Source: Minisyncoccota bacterium
GTDB lineage: Bacteria; Patescibacteriota; Minisyncoccia; UBA6257; JAVHQB01
Direction of reading: 5' to 3'
Length of the DNA: 53,191 bases
Assembly: GCA_035404205.1 (NCBI GenBank)
Contig: DAONGQ010000004.1
Location: 1-53,191, forward strand
Shown piece after piece: positions 7,153 through 16,822 of this stretch; within the stretch, counting starts at the first letter, position 1; the number at the start of each line of letters is the position of its first letter. The translations under genes and the position numbers were made by a program. A model generated the notes under the pieces. The model saw nothing but the letters and a program-made list of their open reading frames with translations, searched no databases and was not told where the DNA came from.

Positions 7153-8172
7153 ATGAAAATAGCTATTAATGGATTCGGAAGAATCGGCAGAGCCTTTTTA
7201 AGGCAGTCTTTAAACTATCCGCAAATAGAGATAGTGGCTATTAATGATTTAAGCGATGTTAGCAACTTGGCTTATCTGCTAAAACATGATTCTGTGTACA
7301 AAGAATTTAATGCCGAAGTAACAGTGCAAAGTCGGAATAATAATAATTATTTAGTAGTAAACGATCAAAGCATTCTCATAATACAAGAAAAAGACCCTAT
7401 TAAGTTGCCCTGGAAGGATTTGGGTATAGATGTAGTAGTAGAGGCTACCGGTATTTTTGAAAGTTATGATAAGGCTTCTGCCCATATTAAGGCCGGCGCT
7501 AAGAGAGTAGTTATCACTGCTCCTGTTAAAAAAGATGATATTAAAGCCAAAACTGTCCTTTTAGGTATTAATGAGAGCGATTTAGCCTTGTCAGATATTA
7601 CTTCTAACGGTTCCTGTACAACTAATGCCCTAGCTCCTTTAGCGCAAATATTGAGTGACGAATTGGGGGTGCAGAAAGGAATGCTCAACACCGTCCATGC
7701 CTATACGGCTACTCAAAAAATAGTGGATGGCATCGATTCCAAAGACTGGCGTCGCGGACGGGCGGGGGCAAATAATATTGTGCCCTCCACAACTGGAGCC
7801 GCTATCTCTGTTGCTCAAGTAGTAAAAAATTTAGAAAATAAATTTGATGGCTTATCTGTTAGGGTGCCGGTTATTTCTGGTTCTCTTATAGACTTTACTT
7901 TTTTGGCTTCGCGCCGAACAACGGCAGAAGAAGTCAACAATATTTTATTGGCAGCTAGCCAATCGAGTCGTTGGCAGGGGATTGTGGAGATAACTAAGGA
8001 CCCCTTGGTTTCCAGCGATATTCTCGGCAATATCTGTCCCTGTTTGGTGGACCCCAGTTTGACCAAGGTGGTTGACGGCGATTTAGTTAAAGTCATGGCC
8101 TGGTATGATAATGAATGGGGCTATACTTGGACACTTTTGGAACACGTGGTTAAATTACAACCTTATTTATAA
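7153..8172 (+). CDS. gap: Glyceraldehyde-3-phosphate dehydrogenase, type I
   Basis: NGFGRIGR, S.GSCTTNALAP and WYDNEWGY motifs. Confidence 0.95.
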   Translation: MKIAINGFGRIGRAFLRQSLNYPQIEIVAINDLSDVSNLAYLLKHDSVYKEFNAEVTVQSRNNNNYLVVNDQSILIIQEKDPIKLPWKDLGIDVVVEATGIFESYDKASAHIKAGAKRVVITAPVKKDDIKAKTVLLGINESDLALSDITSNGSCTTNALAPLAQILSDELGVQKGMLNTVHAYTATQKIVDGIDSKDWRRGRAGANNIVPSTTGAAISVAQVVKNLENKFDGLSVRVPVISGSLIDFTFLASRRTTAEEVNNILLAASQSSRWQGIVEITKDPLVSSDILGNICPCLVDPSLTKVVDGDLVKVMAWYDNEWGYTWTLLEHVVKLQPYL

Positions 8173-8176
8173 AATT

Positions 8177-8620
8177 ATGTTATTTATCGGCGCTGACCAT
8201 AGAGGTTTCTCTTTAAAAGAAGGATTGAAAAAATATTTGCTTGAGCAAAAAATTCCTTTTACAGATTTGGGTAATTCTAAACTTGAAGAAAATGATGATT
8301 ATCCGCCTATAGCAGCCTCAGTGGCGCAACAGGTAGGGGCATCTAAAAAAAATTACGGGTTGCTTATTTGTGGAAATGGAGTGGGCGTCTCCATCGTAGC
8401 CAATAAATTCAAAAATGTCAGAGCCGGACTCGTTTGGACTGCAGCTGTTGCCAAAACAGCTAAAGCAGATGATGATATCAATATTATTTGTTTGCCAGCA
8501 GATTACATCACTTTAAAGGATGCCCAAAAAGTAGTAATTGCTTGGCTTAGAACCTCTTTTAAGAATGAGACAAAATATAAACGTCGTTTAAGTCAGATAG
8601 CGCAAATAGAAAAAATTTAA
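8177..8620 (+). CDS. rpiB: Ribose-5-phosphate isomerase B
   Basis: MLFIGADHRGF.LKE...YL, LICGNGVG.SI.ANK. The internal ATG 8177 is chosen because the 8105 start would overlap gap by 68 nt. Confidence 0.85.
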   Translation: MLFIGADHRGFSLKEGLKKYLLEQKIPFTDLGNSKLEENDDYPPIAASVAQQVGASKKNYGLLICGNGVGVSIVANKFKNVRAGLVWTAAVAKTAKADDDINIICLPADYITLKDAQKVVIAWLRTSFKNETKYKRRLSQIAQIEKI

Positions 8621-8629
8621 ACTAATTTT

Positions 8630-9298
8630 ATGGACAAAATAATACCAGTTATTAATGTCAAAACTAGTAAAGATTTTTTTGCTACCTTAGGAAGGCTCGG
8701 TAATTACACGGGTTGGGTTCAAATAGATGTGGCCGATGGCAAGTTTACTAATTGGAAGAATTTTTCTGATCCGTCTAAAATTAATGACAAACAAATGCCG
8801 AGTAAAAATTCGGCTCGTTACTTGTTTGAATTGCACTTAATGGTGCGCGATTCGAGCGAAGTCATTGCTAAATGGCTTCATGTTAAACCGAAGCGCATCA
8901 TTGTTCCCGTTGAAGTAAAAAATAATTTAGAAAGTTTAACCCTTTGGGCGAAAGAGACAAAAGGAGAAGTGGGCCTATCTGTTAACCCAGATACTTTAAA
9001 TAGCACCGTATTGGAGCAATTAAAACTTTATGGTAATGATATTAATGTGTTGCTTCTTTTGGGGGTTAAACCCGGCCCTAGCGGTCAAGAATTTGACCCT
9101 ACCATTCTAGAAAGAGTGCGTTATTTTCACAAGTTATATCCTAAAATCAAAATCGAGGTAGACGGCGGGGTGAACGAAGAAAATATTAAATCTATTTTTC
9201 AGGCTGGCGCCAGCATAGTGGCAGTGGGTTCAGCTATATTTGAAAGACAAGAAAAGCCGCTCGCGCGTATCAAAATGCTTGAAGAATTAATAGCTTAA
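8630..9298 (+). CDS. rpe: Ribulose-phosphate 3-epimerase
   Basis: Q.DV.DG.F, HLMV, G.S.NP, VDGG.N..N motifs of the Rpe TIM barrel. Confidence 0.8.
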   Translation: MDKIIPVINVKTSKDFFATLGRLGNYTGWVQIDVADGKFTNWKNFSDPSKINDKQMPSKNSARYLFELHLMVRDSSEVIAKWLHVKPKRIIVPVEVKNNLESLTLWAKETKGEVGLSVNPDTLNSTVLEQLKLYGNDINVLLLLGVKPGPSGQEFDPTILERVRYFHKLYPKIKIEVDGGVNEENIKSIFQAGASIVAVGSAIFERQEKPLARIKMLEELIA

Positions 9299-9303
9299 CT
9301 GTT

Positions 9304-10137
9304 ATGTCTTTACCTTCCAAAGAGCAAATTAAGGCGCTCAAAACCTTGTGCACAAAAATTAGAATTGAAATTATTCAAATGCTTCTCGCTGCCGGTTCCG
9401 GGCATACCGCTGGTCCTTTGGGAAGCGTGGAGGAGTTTGTCGGTCTCTATTTTGGCGGTAGTGTTAAATACGATACCAGTAATCCTTTAGCGGATAACAG
9501 AGATATCGTAGTAGTTTCTTGCGGCCATTATGCGCCGGCCTATTATGCGGTTTTGGCTTACGCCGGGTTTTTCCCTGTAGACAAGCTTAAAGAATTGCGT
9601 AGTTTTGGCTCTCCTCTGCAGGGTCATCCGCACAGGGGTGAATTACCCGGTGTAGAAACTACCTCGGGCCCATTAGGGGAAGGACTCTCACAGGCCGTAG
9701 GAATGGCGCTGGCTCTTAAGATGAATCATAAAAAGAATCATGTTTTCTGTCTCATGTCAGATGGGGAACAGGATGAAGGTAATACTTGGGAGGCGGTCCT
9801 TTTGGCGAACAAGTATCACTTGGACAATTTAGTCGTTATTATTGATAGAAATAATATGCAAATAAGCGGAACGACAGAAAAAGTCTTGCCCTTGGAGAAG
9901 CTTGCTGACAAATATATTTCTTTCGGTTGGGAAACGATGGAAATAGATGGTAATGATTTAAAAAGCGTAATTTATGCCTTGCATAAAGCTAAAAATTTTA
10001 AAGTTGGACCAGTGGCAATTATTGCCAAAACTATTCCTGGTTATGGCGTAAAATTTATGGAGAATAAGCCGCAATGGCATGGGAAAGCTCCCAATGCTCG
10101 TGAAGCCGAAAAGGCTATAAAATTATTAAGCGAATAG
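9304..10137 (+). CDS. Transketolase, N-terminal (TPP-binding) subunit
   Basis: GH.G..LG..E, S.GH..PA.YA, GHP, GPLG.G.S.A.GMA, DG...EG..WEA. A split-tkt arrangement. Confidence 0.9.
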   Translation: MSLPSKEQIKALKTLCTKIRIEIIQMLLAAGSGHTAGPLGSVEEFVGLYFGGSVKYDTSNPLADNRDIVVVSCGHYAPAYYAVLAYAGFFPVDKLKELRSFGSPLQGHPHRGELPGVETTSGPLGEGLSQAVGMALALKMNHKKNHVFCLMSDGEQDEGNTWEAVLLANKYHLDNLVVIIDRNNMQISGTTEKVLPLEKLADKYISFGWETMEIDGNDLKSVIYALHKAKNFKVGPVAIIAKTIPGYGVKFMENKPQWHGKAPNAREAEKAIKLLSE

Positions 10138-10139
10138 TT

Positions 10140-11129
10140 ATGCTTAAAAACGGAATTAAGGAAACGATTTTTCTAGAGAAGGCCAAAAGAGAGACCACTC
10201 GGGTGGGTTTCGGAGAAGGGCTCCTTTTGGCAGGAGAAAAAAATAGGCAAGTAGTAGCTTTATCTGCAGATTTATGCGAATCTACTCAGGTAGAAAAATT
10301 TAAAATTCGCTTTCCCGAAAGCTATGTTGAAGTAGGAGTAGCAGAACAAAATTTAGTTGGGGTTGCTGCTGGCCTAGCGCATCTGGGTAAAATTCCTTTT
10401 GCTGCTTCATATGCTGTATTTTCTCCCGGCAGAACTTGGGAGCAAATCAGAACCACTATTTGTTACAACAATCAAAATGTCAAAATCGTGGGTTCACATA
10501 GCGGGTTGACTGTGGGACCGGATGGCGCTACTCACCAAGCGCTGGAAGATATTGCCCTTATGAGAGTGTTGCCCAATATGACAGTGCTCTCGCCTTGCGA
10601 CTATCTGGAAGCTCGCCGGTTAACTTTATTAGCGGCTGAATGGCAAGGTCCGACCTATATTCGTTTGGATAGAGATAAAACGCCTTTAATTACTACTCTA
10701 GATACTCATTGCAAAATTGGTCAAGCGGAAACTTTTTGGGCGCCAGAAAATAATCAAAAAGCAACAGTAGCTATTTTAGCAACCGGCCCCATCATCTACA
10801 AAGCTTTGATAGCAGCGAAGGAGCTATTGAAAGGAAGGATAGAAGTTGAAGTGATTAATTTTTCTACTGTTAAACCCTTAGATGAAACTACCCTAATAAG
10901 AATAGGAAAAAATATTGGCAAAGTGGTGACGGTAGAGAATCATCAAAAGGCTGGCGGCTTCGGTTCAGCCGTGAGCGAGTTTTACAGTCAATATCTGCCT
11001 ATTCCCATGGAAATTTTGGGTATTAATGACCAATTTGGTCAATCGGGCACAGCTGAAGAGCTATTGGAATATTATGGGCTGGGCGCTAAAGACATTATTG
11101 CGGCCGTAAAAAGAATTCTTAATCGTTAA
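10140..11129 (+). CDS. Transketolase, C-terminal (pyrimidine-binding) subunit
   Basis: R..FG..L, ...DL..ST, EQN.VG.AAGLA, G.DG.TH...ED.A.MR..PNM. Confidence 0.9.
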   Translation: MLKNGIKETIFLEKAKRETTRVGFGEGLLLAGEKNRQVVALSADLCESTQVEKFKIRFPESYVEVGVAEQNLVGVAAGLAHLGKIPFAASYAVFSPGRTWEQIRTTICYNNQNVKIVGSHSGLTVGPDGATHQALEDIALMRVLPNMTVLSPCDYLEARRLTLLAAEWQGPTYIRLDRDKTPLITTLDTHCKIGQAETFWAPENNQKATVAILATGPIIYKALIAAKELLKGRIEVEVINFSTVKPLDETTLIRIGKNIGKVVTVENHQKAGGFGSAVSEFYSQYLPIPMEILGINDQFGQSGTAEELLEYYGLGAKDIIAAVKRILNR

Positions 11130-11137
11130 TTTTGATT

Positions 11138-12148
11138 ATGTTGGATATTTTAACCATCGGGACCATCACTCAAGATATATTCTTGTGTAATCTTGACCGC
11201 GCTCATACGCAGAAAATAAAAAAAAGACCTTATCTTTGCCTTCCCTTAGGAGCTAAATTAGGCGTGGGGAAAATTGTGTCTACTTATGGCGGGAGCGCTT
11301 TAAATACAGCCATTAGTTTTAAAAAACAAGGCTTGAGTGTTGGTGTTATAGGCCTAAATTGCAACGGCGAAGATAATATCAAAATTCCCAATATTTTAAG
11401 ACAAAATAGAATCTCTAATTTTCTCTGGCAGTTAGATTCTTTAAGCCATTTGCCCTTGTCAATCATTTTGGTAAATGAAGACGGTGAGCGTACCATACTT
11501 AACCATAAAGAAGAAGCTTATAAATGGCCCAAGGACGTTTTTTTAAAAATGCCCGAGAGTCGAGTGGTAGTAGTAGGCTCCTTAAATGGCCAGAAAGAAA
11601 TTTGGCAGGCGTTATTGAAAGAGAAGAGGAATAAGAAATTTATTTTAGCGGCTAATCCTGGCAGGGGAGATTTGGATATTTTTAAAAGCCATCCCAATCT
11701 TTTGAATGGGATAGATGTTTTTATGTTAAATAGGGAAGAGGGCGCTTATTTGACTGGTGAAAAATATGCGCATTGGCAAAAAATTTTTAAAACTTTGGAT
11801 AAGTTAGTACAAGGCATAGTAGTAATGACTGATGGCGAAAGAGGAGCCATGGCGTCTGATGGCCAAACCATTTGGAGCGCAGCAGCCATCCATCCAGAAA
11901 CTTTAGTAGAAAAAACTGGGGCAGGCGACTCTTTTCTGAGCGGTTTCGTTTATGGGTTATATAATTTCCCAAATTTATCTTATTGGGATAAATCGGCTGC
12001 CGGCATAGAGAGAGCCTTGCGCTTGGGGACAGTTAATGCTTATAATGTAGTAAGGTTCGTGGGCGCTTCTACAGGCTTATTTTCCTTTAAAAATTTACCT
12101 ACAGAAATTATAAAAACCGTTCATATTAAAATGGTCGACAAAATTTAA
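11138..12148 (+). CDS. PfkB-family carbohydrate/nucleoside kinase (ribokinase-like)
   Basis: GG.A.N.A and the C-terminal TGAGDSF..GF..G anion-hole motif. Substrate is not assignable. Confidence 0.7.
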   Translation: MLDILTIGTITQDIFLCNLDRAHTQKIKKRPYLCLPLGAKLGVGKIVSTYGGSALNTAISFKKQGLSVGVIGLNCNGEDNIKIPNILRQNRISNFLWQLDSLSHLPLSIILVNEDGERTILNHKEEAYKWPKDVFLKMPESRVVVVGSLNGQKEIWQALLKEKRNKKFILAANPGRGDLDIFKSHPNLLNGIDVFMLNREEGAYLTGEKYAHWQKIFKTLDKLVQGIVVMTDGERGAMASDGQTIWSAAAIHPETLVEKTGAGDSFLSGFVYGLYNFPNLSYWDKSAAGIERALRLGTVNAYNVVRFVGASTGLFSFKNLPTEIIKTVHIKMVDKI

Positions 12149-12165
12149 TTTTTAATTTATTTTTT

Positions 12166-12972
12166 ATGAAAACATTTTTTGAAAATTTCAATCAATTGAT
12201 TTCTCGGGCGTGGGAACGTATTAAACCTCGCTTTAAAAATATCGCATACCTATTATTATTAGAAATGGGCATTGGTTTAGTTGCTGCTCTATTAGTGGGC
12301 GCGATTTTTGTTTTTAATTCTGGCATCTCTTTTGTAAGTTTCATGGCTCAAGGCCATTATAATCCCGAGATGTTAACCTCAATGCTTTCTACTCCCAGGA
12401 TGGGTATAGCCGTGGTTTTGGCGGTGGTAATTGGGTTAGCAGCTATGATGTTATATAGTTTTGTTTCTTTGGCATTTTTAATAGCTATAAAAGAGGATGC
12501 TGCTGTAACCCTTAAGGAAATATTAAATTTAAGTAAGAAAAAATATTGGGCATATTTTGGCACTCTTTTTCTTTCAGGTGTTCTTATTGCTTTGGCATCC
12601 CTGGCGTTTGTCATTCCTGGAATTATTTTGGCTATTCTTTATTTCGCCGTGCCCTTCATAGTGATAGAAACTAGTTCAATTAACACAACGGCTCTAAAAG
12701 CCAGTCAAAATCTAGTTAAAAATCATGCCTGGATGGTAACAGACAATTTATTTGTTTGGATGCTTTTGGTTGGGCTTGCTTCTATTCTTTTAAAATGGCT
12801 TGGTCCTGTAGGGCAGCTATTACAAATGCTTGTCCCAATATTTAACCTCGCCTTTAATTATGAGCTCTATCTTTCCCTTAAAGCCGTCTCCCAAACCGAA
12901 ACGCCCCCAACCTCGACACAGCCAGAAAATCCAGCCACTCCTTTAGAATCATCAAATTCGGCCGAGGCCTAA
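12166..12972 (+). CDS. Hypothetical polytopic membrane protein
   Basis: Several hydrophobic helices and a Pro/Ser/Thr-rich tail. No family recognised. Confidence 0.45.
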   Translation: MKTFFENFNQLISRAWERIKPRFKNIAYLLLLEMGIGLVAALLVGAIFVFNSGISFVSFMAQGHYNPEMLTSMLSTPRMGIAVVLAVVIGLAAMMLYSFVSLAFLIAIKEDAAVTLKEILNLSKKKYWAYFGTLFLSGVLIALASLAFVIPGIILAILYFAVPFIVIETSSINTTALKASQNLVKNHAWMVTDNLFVWMLLVGLASILLKWLGPVGQLLQMLVPIFNLAFNYELYLSLKAVSQTETPPTSTQPENPATPLESSNSAEA

Positions 12973-12981
12973 AAACATTCT

Positions 12982-13011
12982 AAAATCACCCCCCAAAAAG
13001 GGTGATTTTTT
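12982..13011 (+). terminator. Rho-independent terminator
   Basis: AAAATCACCC / GGGTGATTTT stem, 8-nt loop and a T-run. Confidence 0.75.
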
Positions 13012-13154
13012 GATTTGTCTTTAAAATCTATTTGCCTTATACTGAGGGAAGCTATTTAGTCCGTAAGGTAGAAAGTTTATAAAACAAGGGGAGGATAATG
13101 ATTTTCAAGCATTTAGTTATTTAGATTTCAATTAAAATTTAGTTTTTAAAATTT

Positions 13155-15554
13155 ATGACAAGCAAATACATTCTATTCTTGAAAGACATTACTACTAAGG
13201 ATGTCTCCCTCGTGGGTGGCAAAACTGCCTCGTTGGGGGAAATGTATAGCCATTTAAAACAAGAAGGAGTACCTGTGCCCAATGGATTTGCCATTACCGC
13301 CCAAGCTTATAGATATTTTTTAGCCTATAACCATTTAGAAACTCCGGTCAGTGAAATTTTAAAGACCATTAATCCTAGAAAAGTAGCTGATTTAGAGAAA
13401 AAATCTAAGCAAATCAGGGGTTTAATTTTTGGAGGCGCAATGCCGGATGATTTGGCCAGGGATATTTCCAAAGCCTATGGAGAACTAAGCGCGCTTTATA
13501 AAACCACCAACCTAGATGTTGCTGTTCGTTCTTCGGCTACGGCGGAGGACTTGCCCAATGCCAGTTTCGCTGGCCAACAGGAGAGCTATCTCAATGTAAA
13601 AGGCGAAAAAGATTTGCTTATAGCGGTAAAAAATTGCTTTGCCTCGCTCTACACTAGCAGAGCTATATCTTATAGGGCTGATAAAGGTTTTACTTCAATG
13701 GAGGTTTATCTTTCGGCCGTAGTGCAGAAAATGGTTCGCTCCGACAAGGGTGGGGCTGGTATTATGTTCACTTTGGACACAGAAACAGGCTTTAAGGATA
13801 TTGTGGTTTTGAGCGCTGTCTGGGGATTAGGAGAGACGGCTGTGCAGGGGCAAGTTGTCGGTGATGAATACGAAATTTTTAAACCCACTTTTTTAACTAA
13901 TTACCCTGCTATTATTAGCCGCACTTTAGGCAGTAAAAATAAAAAATTAATTTATAATCCTAAAAAATTGGGAGCGGTTATAAGGATTTCTACCTCTAAG
14001 GAAGAACAAATGCGTTTTGTTTTGAAAGATGAAGAGGTTTTAAAATTAACAGAATGGGCGCTAAAAATCGAGAAGCATTACTCTCAATTAAAAGGGGCAT
14101 GGCAACCAATGGATATAGAATGGGCTAAAGACGGATTAACCGGCGAACTTTATATAGTGCAGGCGCGCCCTGAAACAGTTCAATCCCAGAAAGATTATTC
14201 TGTGGTCAAGGACTATGTCATGACTACCCCAGGAGAATTAATTGTCAAAGGCGCCGCTGTTGGTTCTGCTATTGCTGAAGGCGCGGCTAAAATAATTTTG
14301 TCTCCGAAGCAAATAGGGCAGTTTAAACCAGGTGAAGTTCTGGTTACTACAATGACGGACCCGGATTGGGAACCCATCATGAAAATCGCTAAAGCTATAG
14401 TGACTGATGAAGGTGGTCGGACTAGTCATGCGGCTATTGTTTCTCGCGAATTAGGTATTCCTTGCATTGTCGGCACGGGAAATGGCAGTAAAAAAATTAA
14501 AAAAGGACAGAAAATAACAGTTGATTGTTCTAGCGGCGGAGAGGGATTTATTTGGAAAGGGAAAACAGTTTGGTCTGTAAAGGAGTATCATTTGACACAA
14601 AGAACAAAGTTGCCAGTTAAGCTTACCCTTAATATGGGTAATCCAGATGAAGCTTTTGAATATTCTTTTCTGCCCAATGACGGAGTGGGACTGGCCAGGG
14701 AAGAATTTATTATTTCTTCTCGTATTAAAATTCATCCGCTAGCCTTGCTCAATTACCAAGATATAAAAAATATTGGCCTGAAAAAACAAATTGCTCAATT
14801 AACAGTAGGTTATAACAATAAAGCTGATTTTTATGTGGATAAGTTGGCTGAAGGGATTGCTAAAATTGGGGCTGCTTTTTATCCCAAAACAGTTATTTTA
14901 AGATTTTCTGATTTCAAAACTAACGAGTATGCAAGTCTCTTGGGGGGAGACCTCTTCGAACCCAAAGAAGAAAATCCTATGCTAGGTTGGAGGGGTGCTT
15001 CTCGTTATTATGACCCAAAGTTTCAACCCGCCTTCGAGCTTGAGCTTATGGCGTTAAAAAAAGCGCGTGAACAATTTGGTCTGAAAAATGTGTATGCCAT
15101 GATTCCTTTTTGCCGTACCCTTGAAGAAGCTCGGAAAGTTGTTGCTATTATGAAGAAGCATGATTTGCAACCAAATCAAAAAGACTTCAAAGTTTATATG
15201 ATGGCAGAGATTCCCGCAAATGTTATCCTTGCCCAACAGTTTCTGCGTATTTTTGATGGCTTTAGTATTGGGTCCAATGACCTTACTCAGCTTGTCTTGG
15301 GTTTAGACAGAGATAATCGTGCATTGGCCAAGATAGGAGATGAACGTAATGAGGCGGTAGTAACCATGATTAAGACCCTCATTAAAACAGCCAAGAGTAT
15401 GAGGAAATATATTGGCATTTGTGGCCAAGCGCCTTCAGATTACCCTGAATTTGCTAAAATTCTTATGGATTTAAAAATAGATAATTTATCGCTGAACCCA
15501 GACAGTATAGTGAAAACAGCATTAGCCCTGACCGCCAAAAAAATAGAGTTATGA
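13155..15554 (+). CDS. ppsA: Phosphoenolpyruvate synthase (pyruvate, water dikinase)
   Basis: VGGK.ASLGEM, ATP-grasp region, phosphohistidine swivel motif GGRTSHAAIVSRELGIPC.VG, C-terminal PEP-utilising TIM barrel. 799 aa. Confidence 0.9.
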   Translation: MTSKYILFLKDITTKDVSLVGGKTASLGEMYSHLKQEGVPVPNGFAITAQAYRYFLAYNHLETPVSEILKTINPRKVADLEKKSKQIRGLIFGGAMPDDLARDISKAYGELSALYKTTNLDVAVRSSATAEDLPNASFAGQQESYLNVKGEKDLLIAVKNCFASLYTSRAISYRADKGFTSMEVYLSAVVQKMVRSDKGGAGIMFTLDTETGFKDIVVLSAVWGLGETAVQGQVVGDEYEIFKPTFLTNYPAIISRTLGSKNKKLIYNPKKLGAVIRISTSKEEQMRFVLKDEEVLKLTEWALKIEKHYSQLKGAWQPMDIEWAKDGLTGELYIVQARPETVQSQKDYSVVKDYVMTTPGELIVKGAAVGSAIAEGAAKIILSPKQIGQFKPGEVLVTTMTDPDWEPIMKIAKAIVTDEGGRTSHAAIVSRELGIPCIVGTGNGSKKIKKGQKITVDCSSGGEGFIWKGKTVWSVKEYHLTQRTKLPVKLTLNMGNPDEAFEYSFLPNDGVGLAREEFIISSRIKIHPLALLNYQDIKNIGLKKQIAQLTVGYNNKADFYVDKLAEGIAKIGAAFYPKTVILRFSDFKTNEYASLLGGDLFEPKEENPMLGWRGASRYYDPKFQPAFELELMALKKAREQFGLKNVYAMIPFCRTLEEARKVVAIMKKHDLQPNQKDFKVYMMAEIPANVILAQQFLRIFDGFSIGSNDLTQLVLGLDRDNRALAKIGDERNEAVVTMIKTLIKTAKSMRKYIGICGQAPSDYPEFAKILMDLKIDNLSLNPDSIVKTALALTAKKIEL

Positions 15555-16771
15555 AACTTAATTCACTTTTTGCTGCTAGCATTAGAGACTCTCGCGGTGA
15601 TAATACCCTGCAGATAACTTTGGCTACAGCTAAAAATAAGGCGACAGACAGTGTTCCTAGCGGAAAAAGCAAAGGCTCTTTGGAAGCGGTTACTAAAGAT
15701 GTACCAGCTGCTCTTGAAATAATTAAAAGTTTGGAAGAAAAATTACTGAAAAAAGAATTTGTCGATCCCTTTGAATTTGATGAATACTTACTCTCCTTAG
15801 ATGGTACAGGCAATAAAAACAATCTAGGTAGTAATACTCTATTGGCTTTAAGCCTAGCCTTTTGGCGGCTATTTGCTTTAGAAGAAAATCTACCTCTTTA
15901 TCAGGCTATTGCTATTTTAAGCGGGCGAGAGAATAACCACCTGCATTTGCCTTATTTAATGTTTAACCTCATCAATGGAGGAGAACATGTCGGCAAGGCT
16001 ATAACTAGCGCGCACCTGCCTTTTCAAGAGTATTTTATTATTCCTAGCACGGAATCGGCAGTAGTTAGCTTAGAACAGTGCCATAATGTTCTAACGAAGT
16101 TGCAAGATTACCTAACCAACAAATACCCAGCCATTATTCATGGCGATGAAGGCGGGTTTGTTGTTCCTGAGGATGACCCAGAAAAGGGTTTAGAAATTCT
16201 TATGGACATTAAAGAGAACGTACAAGAAAGAGTACTCCTTAATCTTGGACTAGATATGGCTGCTAATAGTTTTTACAATCAAGACAAAAATACTTATGAG
16301 CTGTTGGGCAATCGTCTTACTGCGTCGGAGCTAACCGATTACTACACCCAAATATTTCATCGCTATGAATTATTGTCCGCAGAAGACCCTTATGCAGAGA
16401 ATGATTATAGTGGTTTTAGAAATTTGAATGCTCTCTGGGGAGATAAATTATGGTTAATAGGGGATGACCTCACCACTACTAATCCTGATAGGCTGGCTAC
16501 CGCCATAGAAGAAAAAGCCCTCAATGGCTTGATTCTTAAACCCAATCAAATTGGCACAATCTCTGAAACTATAGAGGTAGCCATGATGGCTCAAAAAAAT
16601 GGGTTTAAAACAGTAGTCAGCCACCGAAGCGGTGAGACTAACGATGATTTTATTGCTGACCTTGCTGTTGGGATTGGAGCTGACGCCTTCAAGTCTGGCG
16701 CGCCTATTCAACAAGAAAGAATGTTGAAATACAACCGTTTGGCAGAGATAGAGAAAGAGATTAACTCTTAA
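15551..16771 (+). CDS. eno: Enolase
   Basis: SHRSGET.D.FIADLAV and LK.NQIGT.SE motifs. ATGA overlap with ppsA. Confidence 0.9.
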   Translation: MKLNSLFAASIRDSRGDNTLQITLATAKNKATDSVPSGKSKGSLEAVTKDVPAALEIIKSLEEKLLKKEFVDPFEFDEYLLSLDGTGNKNNLGSNTLLALSLAFWRLFALEENLPLYQAIAILSGRENNHLHLPYLMFNLINGGEHVGKAITSAHLPFQEYFIIPSTESAVVSLEQCHNVLTKLQDYLTNKYPAIIHGDEGGFVVPEDDPEKGLEILMDIKENVQERVLLNLGLDMAANSFYNQDKNTYELLGNRLTASELTDYYTQIFHRYELLSAEDPYAENDYSGFRNLNALWGDKLWLIGDDLTTTNPDRLATAIEEKALNGLILKPNQIGTISETIEVAMMAQKNGFKTVVSHRSGETNDDFIADLAVGIGADAFKSGAPIQQERMLKYNRLAEIEKEINS

Positions 16772-16783
16772 AAGTCAGTTTTT

Positions 16784-16792
16784 TGTTATAAT
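16784..16792 (+). promoter_or_regulatory. Extended -10 element (TGtTATAAT)
   Basis: Lies in the eno/next-gene spacer, 18-30 nt before the candidate starts. Confidence 0.4.
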
Positions 16793-16822
16793 GTATTAGT
16801 TTTATTTTTTTTGTATGGTTTT

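Noticed and set aside
8105-8176. Longer N-terminal extensions offered by the ORF track (rpiB 8105, nrdD 43305, aspS 48887, hypothetical 443, sufS 29758, pfkB 11132).
   Set aside because: The extensions overlap upstream genes, promoters or hairpins. The conserved N-terminal motifs begin right after internal ATG codons.
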